Assembly (NCBI GenBank): GCA_011109175.1
Contig: RDEW01000006.1
Span: 719,232 to 783,231 of the forward strand
Origin: Dicyema japonicum
Taxonomy: Eukaryota > Animalia > Dicyemida
Direction of reading: 5' to 3'
DNA length: 64,000 nucleotides
Shown: positions 37,400 through 49,814 of the stretch, piece after piece
Layout: every line of letters starts with the position of its first letter
How positions within the stretch are numbered: position 1 is the first letter of the stretch
Position numbers and translations under genes: made by a program
The notes under the pieces: generated by a model
What the model saw: the letters and a program-made list of their open reading frames with translations, nothing else
What the model was told of the DNA's origin: nothing
The model's database searches: none

Positions 37400-39200
37400 A
37401 AATGACAAACTCGAAAATCACTGGAAATTTCTTTAGTAAATGAAACCGAATCCCGTTGGTCAAAAACCTGGGGCATTAAGACAGTTATCGGCGGAATGAG
37501 AGAGAAGTTACCGTTCTTTCTCTCAACTGACTGTTTGAATAAAAGTCAGGGACCGTATAGTAAGGATCAAATCAAAAACCACAATTATGTTACAAAAAAT
37601 TATCATCCCCTTCGAATGAGCTTAAGGATAAGAATTATTCCGAAGGCAATGACAAGAACAACCGCCGTGGAAATCGCAGCCATGAAACTATTTTTCACCA
37701 CCATTGCTTTCATTATTGGTAATTTGACTGGGATATTAAACTGGACCAACCCTCGTATTTGATTATAGTTCTCCTGGTGACTGAATGCAGTCCCGAATTC
37801 ACGGCAGTCATAGTGATTATATAGAACCCAGAGTTGTTTAAGAGGTCCCTCAAATCCAGACTTCTCATGGTCCCTGGGAGGTCGATAGTTTTGGTGAGAT
37901 TGTTCGACTGTTATCATCAAGTTAAATACCTTAACAGTGAAAATGAACCCGGAGATGTAGTGGGGATCAACCGGATCATTACTGTACCCCGAAATACGTC
38001 ATACGAAAATATGTCCGTCTTGAAAGATCCGATCGGCTCCATGGGATTTCTACAAATTATCACCAGGAAAACCTAAAGCCCGGAATTTTCTTATGACAGC
38101 GGAATTACCGTACTTACTCTCGGCAATGCAAACTATTTTATGCTGTCCCACGTGGGCTGGGACGATTGTAAGGTGGAATTGCACTTTCTCCCACCATAAT
38201 AATAATCCGTGCATTTATTACTCACCTCCTTTCTCTAATATTAGCAGAGTCATCAACACCGTGATATCTTTGGGTGAGTTAAAGTAGATCTTCACAAAAG
38301 TGGGGGAAGTGGCAATACATGTGATTACATTATCCACCCCCATTCTATATTTAGACATCAAAGTACACTTTGGTACAGCTTTTGGTAAGTCATAGTATAT
38401 ACCGATAATGTAGATATTTAGACTCTCCTTGATTATAATACCATTTTCCGTGAGCATGATCAAACTACAGTCCCTGGTCCTTTTCTGTGATGTCCACCAG
38501 AGTGAATCCCAGTCAAATACATAAGTTTCGAGGAATTCACAAGCAAGCAAACCGATCAATCCGTCATTTTTTGTCCACAGTGCTTTCCCACTGAATTGAG
38601 CCAACAACTTTATTTGGCAAGGCACGTGTAAGTCGGTGTATTGACATGGACATAAATGCTTTGACAACCAACGACTTCGAGGGCGTCGTCTGATTTGAAT
38701 TAACCACGTGTTACCGTAATTTTTCAGCTCAAACTCAGCCATGGAAACCCTATCCAAACACGTGTATAACCCTAACATGAAAGGTTCCACAACGCCTATG
38801 AATAGCGTAGACTTGCCCGTTGACCTCATCACTCGAAACTCGGTCTTTCATTTATTTTTTGACCTTTGAACCTCCAGCTTGTTTATTATCCACGTTGGAT
38901 GAGCATGTGGCAATAAAACTGTCTCCAATTCTGACGTAGTTTGATTTATAAGTAATATTCACAAAATCGTATTCTAAGTGAGCCTCACTGGTATAAAAGG
39001 AAAGCTAAAACAAGCCAGATCATTGAAGAACGATTCGGTTGTCATTTTGTTTGAATTTAAGCCAATAATCGCCGTAAAATTGCATTAACGATTTATGAAT
39101 TGTAATTTCTGATTTATTTTTTTTATTTTCAAGCCCATTGCGGCCGAAGCCTCGAGGATTCTTTGATCCAACTGGCTGGCCTTCATACAATTTTTAAGGA
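37400..39200 (-). CDS. Putative single-pass cell-surface protein with an Ig-like domain
   Basis: STLFIGVVEPFMLGLYTC (Ig G-x-Y-x-C motif); TM segment AAISTAVVLVIAFGIILIL followed by KLIRR; boundaries uncertain. Confidence 0.45.
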
Positions 39201-39539
39201 AATGTGCTCAATCAGCCATTCCTCTCTTCGGCTGTCCCTTCCCCGATGGCATGTAAAGTGAGTTGGATCGGAGAATCCCCAGGAACTGGGAAGTTTTGTT
39301 AATTACCTTATTAAGTTGGTTTGAACAAAAATTGTGTGTATTGGAATTTATCAATAAGGCATATTTGCTTGTCTTTTTTATTAAAGTATTTTTAAATAAC
39401 CGATTTACTGTCAAATCAACTAAATTAATCATATTGATAGCAAACCACAAAATTGTCAATATTTTTTACTTTCACCAAGTTTCCATGAATGCTACCAATG
39501 AGATATTAAGGTTCTTTAAAATATACTTGAATGTCTTTA

Positions 39540-42320
39540 AAGAAGTTATCCTTCCGGGTGCTGTACATTCAGGTTAAAGGTTCCATCCTCCTGAGATCTT
39601 CAACTAGAATTACCGTCAGTGTTGTGCTCGGCCGAAGCCTCTAAGACAAAATACTCCTCCATTGCTATGTTGGCAGGGGTCCCCATATCGTGGCGGAGTA
39701 TGTGTCCAAACAGCCTCCATCTTGAATCAGTAATATCACATAATATTGGCTCAGTTCCTGTTCTCTTGTATAAGATTTCGGACGGCATTTTGAAAAAGCT
39801 TCGGGAAGAAAGGAGTGCTCGGAGATGATTTCTGTGAAAAGAATTCAACTTTTTGAGTTCCTGCTCTGTACAGCCCATGTACCGGCATTATATAATAGGA
39901 TCGGCCTCACTAAGACATTGTATAGTCTCATTCGAGTTTTAGGGTCAAGCTTTTGTGCAGAAGCCAGGTCTTCTTCATTTTGTTGGAAGCGACGTTAGTT
40001 AGTGTCTTCCTTCGTGTTATATCTTTGGTGTCACCGAGAAGGGATCCTTGTTTTTTTATCTACGCCAATGCTCCTCGGTCCTTTCCTCACTTTTTTAGCT
40101 CCGTGATTTCGGTTTTGTTTGTGTTTACTTTTAATGACCATTCAGCCATTTTATCAGGCATTTTCTCCAAAAGTGCAATCTTTGTTATCCGAAATAAAGT
40201 CCACGTCATCCGTATGTGCTATTATGCTAGATCCTTCTCGATTTTAGGCTTCAAGTCTCGTAGAGCTGTTTCTGAATAAATAAAAAACAAAATCGGGGAT
40301 AATGGATCTCCTTGAGGGTACCAATTGTCGTTTAAATGTCCTCGATAAAGCTTTCCCAGTCCTGACCATCAAACTTGTGTCCGTCAGGAGTGTCCTGACC
40401 ATCCTAATCGTTGAGCCTCCAAGAAGTGCTCCAGTATTTGCAGCAGCTTTTTCCTGTTGACGGAATCTAAGGCCTTTGACATATCAATCCCCAAAATGGT
40501 TGTCGTATTTTAAAGTTTGAACAGTCGCACTTCTTCATATAACATCTGACTGACTTTGATCTCCCTTTGCGGAAGCCACTTTAATAAGCCGACAGGTACG
40601 AGTCTAGGCGTCCCTCCATTCTTTGAAGCGTAATATTGGCTTGTATCTTCCGCAATGTGTTGCTTAAGACCACTGGTCTTAGGTTCTCAACTTTCCCCGC
40701 TTTTTTGTTTGGCTTCTGTACTGGTATCAATAGTCCTTCTCCAAGTGGAAAGGTGACTCCTTTACTGTACGTTTCGTTTAGAATCCAGGCAATTATCTTG
40801 TATAGTTTTTGAGTTCCATATTTGAAAAATCACAATTTAAACCATATGGCTGGGACTCTTATTGTCTTCAGTTTGAAACTTGCTGTCATCACTTCTTCCA
40901 AAGTTATTTCTTCGTCTAATTTTCCCTGATCGTGTTAATTGTGAGTTTTTTGCTATTTTTTGATACGAATTGTGCTTCAAAATAGTCCGCTATAAGTTCT
41001 GCAACTTCTTGTTGGTTAGCAATATGTTTTCCTTCTTCATCTCGTGAAGTCAGTTTTTCCTTGGTAGTTTTCTGATTTGGCCAACAGCTTCATAATACTT
41101 CAGCTTTTCTTATTTTCTTTTTGATGACTGTTCTTTCCTTTTGTAGCCGATGTTTCGTATTTTTGTCATCTGTATTTAGACATTGTATCCATGCCTTTTG
41201 TTGATTAGCAAGGAGTTTCAATGGGGTTAGTTCGTCAGTGTTACGTAGTCCTCTTTTAGGTATATATCCGCAGCAATCATGATCTTCTGTTTGACCAAGG
41301 TCCACGCAATTTGCGGTGCCAAATCTACTGATATTTCCTCCAATCCTTCATCCAGGTATTTTCTGAATTCCTCTCCCTGGATAGTATTGCTCTTTAGATG
41401 GTCTATAACGAATCCCTTCCCCCGCAGTTCCATGTGTCCATTGCACTTTCTTTTCATCCCTTGCAAACCCATCAGTTTCTTTAAGGACATTTTGGCAACA
41501 ACCATCTTGTGATCGCTGTCAATTACAGAGCATAAGCAATGACAATACTGCGGTCTTTTTGTCTGCAAATAATGTAGTCTATTTGATTGTAGATTTTCGC
41601 AATGCTTCCGTCAGACTTAGTTCTATTGCCTGACCAAGTTGTCCTGAGTCTTTCCGAGTGCATAAAGGCCTTGTTACAAAGGAATAGGTTATTTGCTTGA
41701 CAAAAAGTGGATAACAAGGTTACTGCAATGTTCCTTTTCTCTTCCCATGTCTTCCAATGAATGATTCTTCTATAGTGATTCGATTTCCAACTTTTTCATT
41801 AAGATCACCGGCAATCAATATTAATGTGGAATTTCATAATTGGAATAAACAATGATATATTAGCATAAAAGTCGTCAATCTCCCGGGTTTCTTGTTGATC
41901 CATCCACTATGTGGAGCATATGCGTTAATAATTGTAAGATAACTCTTCGGAGAGTTGATCGTCCAATGTTATTTGCAAAATTTCAATCCTTTCATTGATA
42001 ATCCAGTAACGGTATATGCGCTGGAATAGGCCCTTTCTTACAGCGAATCCTAGTCCGTAATGTTTTGATCCCCCAGAGAGAAAGATTAACTGAAACTTTC
42101 CGTGTTGTTCTTCAAACTCCTTCGATATTTTGTCTCTTGGAGACATCTGATTGATACTTTATATTTTGAAAGGTCTTCACAAAGTTCTTTTCTTTTCCAC
42201 GCACTAGAGAGTCCTCTAACATTAAACGTTAAAAGAAAGAAGTCCTTTAGGTTGCAATTTTCGTGTTTTTCAGACATAAATTTCAAGAGGGACGTCACCA
42301 CCTCAACCTAAAGGCGATAA
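39540..42320 (-). mobile_element. RTE-clade LINE, near full length, degraded
   Basis: LLTFNVRG..CLQETK, GLGFAV, YNQIDYII, SDHKMV (APE); RT region; C-terminal SRWRLFGHILR. Confidence 0.9.
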
Positions 42321-42445
42321 TTTCTGTAACTTTATATGAATACAGAAGCCCTGAATAGTTTGAGGACTTTTAGGTATTTATGGTCGTATAGTATCACGTC
42401 CGGGCTGATAAGTCTAATTTATCATTCCAAAACAATTGGTTAGCG

Positions 42446-42728
42446 GACTCTTTTCGGAGGAAAACGAAATTTTTAATTTTGTCCAAAAACATGTTCGACG
42501 TAGTATGGGACAAAAATGGAAACCTTGACATCGGTCCCCGATTTTTGAAGGAAAAACGAAATTTTTAATTTTGTCCAAAAACATGTTCGACGTAGTATGG
42601 GCGAAAAGGGAAACTTTGAAATCGATCCCGATTTTTGAAGGAAAAACGAAATTTTTAATTTTGTCCAAAAACATGTTCGACGTAGTATGGGGCGAAATGG
42701 GAGACCTTGAAATCGATCCCCGATTTTT
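42446..42728. repeat. ~90-bp tandem repeat, 3 copies
   Basis: Unit contains gaaatttttaattttgtccaaaaacatgttcgacgtagtatggg at 42466, 42558 and 42648. Confidence 0.9.
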
Positions 42729-43032
42729 GGAGTTTTAAAAGGACATAATTCATTCAATTCTTATCCCAGACACAAAATCCATCCTGGTTTTAGCAAATTG
42801 ACAGACACTTATATCAGATAAATATGTTGGAATAAAACATGATGTTATTTCGCAGATTTATATATAAATTGCGATTCCTTGCACAAGTTTTAATTCTCTT
42901 AAAACATCTGAAGAAATCAAAATGCTCACTGTCTCTAAAAATTATGAACGATTTATGGCTGATTGCATCGATCTTAAAAAATAAAATTAAACCATATAAA
43001 AAATCAGTTAATTTATCCCCAGTAAATCATAT

Positions 43033-43417
43033 TTAAAACTGCCATCCATCCAAGTGGACCCCGCCGACATTATCGACGTTGCGTTGCATCTCACTATTGC
43101 AACAGAGATCAACTAGAGTAGCCACCGGGTCTCACGTGCGTCGTGGCTTTTTAGTGTAGCTAAGCGTCCAAGTTTCTTTAGGAAGCAAAGCGATTTTCCA
43201 CTTATTCCTCCAGTTGTCTCGACCACTATCGGATAAAACGCGAATCGGTCGCGTAGCGCTTCGTATTTCTTCTCCTTTGCCATCATTGTTTTTTCCGCGG
43301 AGTACAGTGTGTCTACCGCGCTCCGACAATGTTGGACGGGCAAAGCGTGTCGACACAAGTAGCGTCCCAGACCAAAGGTTTCCCCTCTTCGAATGGGAAA
43401 ATTGTGATCCCGTCGGA
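43033..43417 (-). mobile_element. CRE-type element, short 3' copy
   Basis: Near-identical to 30159-30545, with the same terminus GGCAGTTTTAA. Confidence 0.88.
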
Positions 43418-43669
43418 TTTTTTTAAATTAACTATTAATAATGTATTTTGCCACTAAAATTTTTGGTTGACATACCTAAGATAGCAAAATAGTACCAAAT
43501 TAAAGCTAAGGCAATTGTAAAGTATTATATTAAAGAATTTATGATTCTTGAGGATTGTGTGCTATATTGTCGACTCTGTTTGTGTAATATTAAATGCGAG
43601 AAAAGGCAAAAAAAGCATTTTGTAAATTCCCATCAAAATTTATTTTGAATCTCCTATTAAAATTTTGTT

Positions 43670-44050
43670 AAAACGCTACTTGGATACTACAGAGATGGTT
43701 CCACCCAACAGTAGATCATCTCTACTACCAATACATACTCTCGTCAATCAGTTACTGCTGCGCGGCATGGGGTACAAACATATCCACACCAACCTAAAAA
43801 AGTTAAACTCTTTCCAAGAGACAGTAACGAAAACCTTACAAAAATTCTCCTCCAAATCATTAAAACCAACCCCGTTCGAGGAACTCGTGAGGAGAATGGG
43901 AGCTCAGCCAAAACCCCTAAACTTCCGAAAAGTGATTCGTCCATACAGGAAGTGTGTCGTCACTCGGAAAGAACACCGAGGAAAGATGAGGCTGTTAAAG
44001 GGGCCGGTATTTTGTTGTTAGTCCTCTCTTATACTGGAGTCAAGTAGGTA
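43670..44050 (+). mobile_element. Ingi-like LINE C-terminal fragment
   Basis: Frame HLYYQYILSSISYCCAAWGTN parallels LYKQYVEPTIGYACAAWGSN at 47.3 kb. Confidence 0.65.
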
Positions 44051-44668
44051 GAAACATTTTCAGATCTGATTTTCAAATATTTATAATTTTAATAAGATAC
44101 GTCATTGTGACTGTTCTACTTTCCGGGAGACTTGGATTCTCGAATATATACGTTAACCAGGGACAAGATTACCTTTGCAGTTTCAATCATGCTTTGTCTT
44201 GATTCGTCCCCTTTGTTTCCAATCCACTCTGACATTGACTTTAGACACTTTATTCGTATTGTTTTCTAGATTACGAGTGTTCTGTATGATATCTTTTTGT
44301 ATTAGACATTTATTTATTCAACAACCCAATATCACGGTAAAACCATTCCAGCAGCGACCTCACCTTTGCCCGGTGTTCTTTCCTCGTGCCCACTCAGGCT
44401 CGTACAGGACACTGATTATACGAGGTCGCATTCCCATAATCTGGAGTCTAGTCTCATAAGGGCTTCCAGATGCGCCGGTACGGTGATCTCCACAAATCCA
44501 ACACTCCGTTACTATGAAAGCCATCTTTTGCATTTCTACGATCTTCCTCATATTTTTCCATGATATAAACGGTCCCCATGAGGCACATGTATATGAGAAA
44601 CATGGCTCGATTTACTTAATCAATACCGGGTGAGTATCAATCTTCCATGTTCCCGATTATTATTATTA

Positions 44669-44930
44669 AAAAGCACTTTCACAGAACCAAAGAACGTTAT
44701 ATTAACTAAGGTCCCTTTTGTGGCACACGTTTCAAAATCTGCTTCATTAGGCGTCTCCATCGCCCATTGCTTTGCGCATCTGCCCTTAGATCTTCTAGGT
44801 CTTCTGCAGATTTAAGTTTTCTTCCAATTCCATTAAGATCCTTATTCAGAGCTATGGGTAGAGTGACTCTGAGTCTTTTTCTGAATGATGGTTTGTTTTC
44901 ATTGTTAAAGTAATTGTCCATTATAAACAC
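44669..44930 (-). mobile_element. RTE 3' fragment with an 18-bp TSD
   Basis: TLPIALNKDL..DLEDLRADAQSNGRW; TSD TCCCGATTATTATTATTA at 44651-44668 and 44931-44948. Confidence 0.88.
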
Positions 44931-44940
44931 TCCCGATTAT

Positions 44941-45108
44941 TATTATTACCACTAGGATCACTGGGTAAAAAAGAAAGAAATAAAAGTTCTCATCTAACTA
45001 AGTGATCCCAGACCGACAAAAGAGAGGACGAGCCGGCAGGGTCAAAAATCCTGAACAGGTCTTCTCAAAATTTCTGTATGATTGTAGATATTTCGATAGT
45101 TTATGGAA
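44941..45108 (-). mobile_element. Family H LINE 3' end
   Basis: Near-identical to 32710-32900. Confidence 0.8.
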
Positions 45109-48100
45109 TCCAGGTTTTCGGTAAACTTTTTAATACCCCAATCTTTTGTCCGAGGTAATAATGGACGTGGACAACTTTTCTGCATTCACCATAAACCGGT
45201 TTTCCATTATCCAGATTTTAAGCCGGTCAGGTTAACTTGTATTCTTTCTGTGGCCTTTTGGATGTCCCCATCTCGCGAAGCCAAAACAATATCATCCGCA
45301 TAAAAGAGTAGAAAATATTATCAGATTCCAGAGTAGGGAGATCGGCCAGAAAGAGGTTAAACAGAGCAGGTGATAAAGGAGATCTTTGAGGGACTCCATT
45401 GGGGAGTAGACGTGAGATAGATTTTAGTCCTCTGAGGCATACGCATCTCCTCTTCGTCCACTTAGGAAGTTGGTGATCCAAAGCTTGAGCTTCCATAGAA
45501 TCTCCGATTAAAATATTTTTCTCGATAGAATCTTCCTCAAGACTGAGTCAAATGTGGATCGAACAGGGAACTATTTTTAATGTCTTGACTTGATTGTAAA
45601 TCCGACTCGAATGAAGTCGGTTTGTAGACGTGGATCTATCATTTTTGAATCCGTGTTGAAATAACTCTCTGGTAAAAATTCTTTTATTCTCCCGAGCACA
45701 ATCCTCTCCAGGATTTTAGACATTGAACATAGTAGTGACACCGGTTTAAAAACACTGAGTCATCTCTTGGTCTTTCAGGTTTCAGTATTGGCCGTTTGAA
45801 AATCGACGTTAGGAAGTGACATCGTCACCAAGATTTTTCAATAGATTAACCGGAATGTTGTCTGGTCCGTGAGAGTATGTTGTTTTTGCGGAATGTAGTG
45901 TACCCCTCACATCTCTCTTCGAGAAGAGCGGTTCTGCTAATTTCTGTGTAATAATAGTGCATTGCGACTTCCTGTGCTCTTGTGTTAAATTTTTGTGTAG
46001 AATTTTATAAGCTGTTCACATCTTTTTGGACATAATCCTCCTCAGACGAAATATCCTTTGCTTTTGTCACGTTTCGAAAAGCTTTCCTCACTTCTCCCGT
46101 AGTACGATTTCGGTTTATTGTTGTAAGCAGACAATTCCACTTCAACCTCTGGGCCCTAAGCTCCTTGGCATTTATTTCATTATTCGGTCTCTGATCCGGA
46201 GTTTCATTTCCAAGGTGATCCGGTTAGATTCTTAAGTTGATTTCTTTCCCTAATCAAGGCCATCTTCCCAGACAACTCGACGAATTTAATCGATGTTTGG
46301 GTATAGCCATTGATGTTGCTTCCAAGATTATGTGTGTAAAGTAGCTGATGGCATTATCCATAGAACTTAAACTATCCATGTAGCAATTCTCCGTTCTGTC
46401 TTCCGAGATTGCGCGATACATTTCCCAGTTACCACCTTTGTAATTTTAGCTGCTAGGAACTCTCCTAAGTTTGACTACTCTCTTGATCTTCACAATCGGA
46501 TTATGGTCGCTTCTGTTTCGTAGATGAATGACCAATCAAGTGTTACGTCCGGTAAGGTAAACTGATCCGTCTCTCTGAATGGTGTCAGTATTTCTCGATG
46601 GATCATTAAATATCGTTAGGGAGTCCGTTTGCGATAACAATAGTTTCCCTCTCATGTCAGCTAGTTGAGTTGACAGCTATAAGGGATGCTTCGCATTCAG
46701 ATTCCCGCATATGATGATCTCATCGAAAGGAACCAGAAGGCGTAACGTAGATATTCACAAGGGATGGTCTTCTTTTCGCTGTCCTGAGCGAGATTCTAAT
46801 TATTTCTGTAACCTCATCATCCGCAACAAGTTTCCACACCTCCAGGAGATGTCTCTGGATTTCAAATTCTTTTTTAATATTCCATTTATTCTCAACTGAA
46901 GAGCAGTAAAGTGATTTTCTCTTCGATAGGCTGAGGATTTCCTCCGGGAATGTTTGATCTTCCGCGAAATGCATCCCCTGAAACGAGAATGTCCCCGGGA
47001 GAAGGGCTATAAAGACATTATTATTATTATTATTTAAGCCAAAGAAACACCGTCTTAACCAATAACTAATATTCAGGTGATCCCGGCATCTCTCAATAAT
47101 CGGGCCATTTTTTCTCGATGCTCCGACTGTGATCCCACGCATTTTCTATACGGACGGGGGTCTTTTTCCTTTCTCTTCTGAAATTGCCTCCAGTTGCCTC
47201 TATGATAGACTCGAGTGCTCTGGGGGCAATTTCTTTATCTGTATATTTTTCTAGTAACTTTTTGCTCTTGACTGGATATCTTGAATTTTTGTTAGGTTCG
47301 TTGCCGACAGGTTAGATCCCCATGCAGCACATGCATAGCCTATTGTTGGCTCGACATACTGCTTGTAGAGGGTCCCGATACCTGGCGGATAAATTCCTCC
47401 ACAGTTCCAAAGGAAGGCCTTTACAAAATTGATCTTCTTTGCACAGGTTGATATGATAGATTCCACATGGGCTGAGAAGCAGAGGAAAGTATCAAAAGTT
47501 ACTCCCAGTATCTTCTGCGTTTTCTTTTGTGGTATAGGTACTCCATTTAACGTGACATCAATTGTTTGCGTTCCCATCTTTCTATTCTTAGTAAATAGAG
47601 TGACTGCTGACTTTTCGGAACATGCATTTAATCGATTCTCGCACAACCATCCAAATATGTTATTTAGTATTCCTTGTAGTCTTTCTTAGCATGTTCGACG
47701 TTTACGTCTCTAGATGCGACAACTATGTCATCGGCATAGGAAAGTAGTATGTCATTATTATTCATAGGTACGGGGAGATCACTCAAAAACAAATTAAAAA
47801 GGATTGGTGACAGAGGAGATCCTTGGGGTACACCATTGGGTAATAATCCCGATCTGGAACTCTTGTTTCCGACGGATACTTTCCCTCGGCGTCCACTTAC
47901 GAAATTTGCTAACCATAACTTTAATGGTGCATCAATTTTTGTCAAAAATATTTTTCGTATGAGGATCTTCCTTGGGACAGAGTCGAAAGCTTTTTGAATA
48001 TCGATCGTACATATGACCGATTTTTCCTGTTTTGGCTTGTTCTTGTGTCCTTCAGTTATGAACTTCATTAATGTTGTTAGGAAGGAGGTTGTTGATAATC

Positions 48101-49702
48101 CTTCCTTGAAGCCATGTTGGAATGTATTTGTGGGAGAAAAGGGCGAATAACTTTTAGGACCAGTTTCTCCAGGATCCTCGACAAAACACATATAAGGGAA
48201 ACTGGTCTGTAAGAGCCGGGATCGTTCTTCGGTCTTCCCGGCTTCAATATTGGTCGAATTTTTGATAGTTTCCATAAAGTCGGTATGGTATTTCTGTTCA
48301 GCGATGTGTTGTAGATGTTTGTTAATGCATTTATTGATGCTGGGCCCAAGTGTTTCAGCAGAATAAGAGGAATTCCGTCTGGGCCACATGAGTTTGTTTT
48401 TTTCTGATTTGATATTGCTTTGGATACATCTTTAGGGAGAAAATAAATCAGCGGGGCAAATTTGGATGGCTTTCTCTTTATTTTCGTTTGTGTGTTAATC
48501 TTTTTATAAGGAATGTGACTGATTCGAATACAATGTTTCATATATTTATTCAGATTGAGCTGGCATTGTTCTTTGTTATCTTCGTATTCTGGGTTCTTCA
48601 GACGCCTCAACATCTTCCACATGTTGGAAATTGAGGTCTGGTTATTCATGGCAGCAGAGATTCGCATGAGTTTCTTCCTTTGGGTGTTGTTTGTGCTTTT
48701 CGTGATAAGAATGTTTAGTGACCTGATTCGATTAATAACCTCTCGTGAACGATGTATCATTTTCTTAAGGTTGTTTCTTTCCATAATTATTTTCCTTGTT
48801 TTTGAGTCGTATTTCAATTTTTCGTTTTTTATATATGCTTTTCTGATAAAAATATTTCTTCCGTCAATGATTATTTTGTTGAAATAGTATACAGCTTTGT
48901 CTATGGAGGAGAAATTTTCAGATTGGAAATGTTGCAGTTTTGAATCAACGAAATTTGTAAAGCCAGTCCAATTTGCATTTTTGTAATCATAGAAATGAAT
49001 AGGCTTCGGTACAAAGCGTGGCTCGCAGTTCAGCTTCATTAACATTGAATGGTGGTCGCTCCGGAGGTCATAACGGACCGTCCAATTAATGATCGTGGAA
49101 AGACGAGGTGAGCAGACGGATAAGTCCGGAGATGTCACCATGTCCTTCGTGTTGTATGGTGTCCTAGTGTTCTTTATCGGGTTGTTGATGATTATTAAGT
49201 TTTGCATTTGGGATAATAGCAGGTTTCCTCTGTTATCAGCGGATTGGTAGCGGAACCAAGAAGGGTGCTTCGCATTAAGGTCTCCACATAAAAGCAAGTT
49301 CTCCAGTTTGTCCAAGGTAGATAGGTCAAAGGAGAAATTTTTCTTGCAGGAGCCAGGAGGAGGAACATAAACATTCGCAATTTCAATTTTTCCAATGGAA
49401 GTTATAACAGAGATTCCAATTATCTCCGTGTTCGAGTCTTCCATTAAGCTCTTGTAAAGAGAAGGGTTCTCGAGGTATTTTATTCCTTTTCTCACAAGAG
49501 TCAGTAGACCCCCTCCTTGACCAGATGGGCGGTCGGATCTTACTGTGTTGTATCCGTTAAAGAGAGGAGTAGGAATGTTATTTGAAAGCTTCGTTTCCTG
49601 GAGAAGGCAGATATCTACTCTGTTCCTCTCCAAGAATAAGAAAAGTTCGATAATCTCTCCTCTGATCCCGTTTATGTTTACGCTCTGGATTGTCAACTTC
49701 TT

Positions 49703-49756
49703 TGGGCCTGGATTTTGTTCTACGTCTCCTTAAGTCAACAGTCTCAATCGATAAAA
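49703..49756 (-). other. 2A/StopGo-like ribosomal skipping motif FYRLRLLT*GDVEQNPGP
   Basis: ggagacgtagaacaaaatccaggccca (49729-49703) is in frame with, and 2 codons upstream of, the APE domain; matches D(V/I)ExNPGP; a TAA lies immediately upstream. Confidence 0.85.
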
Positions 49757-49814
49757 TGTTCCAACAGTGAAAGAATACCGTCCAGTAAAAAGTCCTCTGG
49801 TTAGTAGGGAGCAA

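Larger units (their letters stand above)
44330..47000 (-). mobile_element. Ingi-like LINE (family A), APE-RT, degraded; hosts nested insertions
   Basis: LVNIYV..ICGNLNAKHP..SDHNP (APE); LPNGVPQRSPLSPALFNLFLADLP; colinear with 350-1450. Confidence 0.8.
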
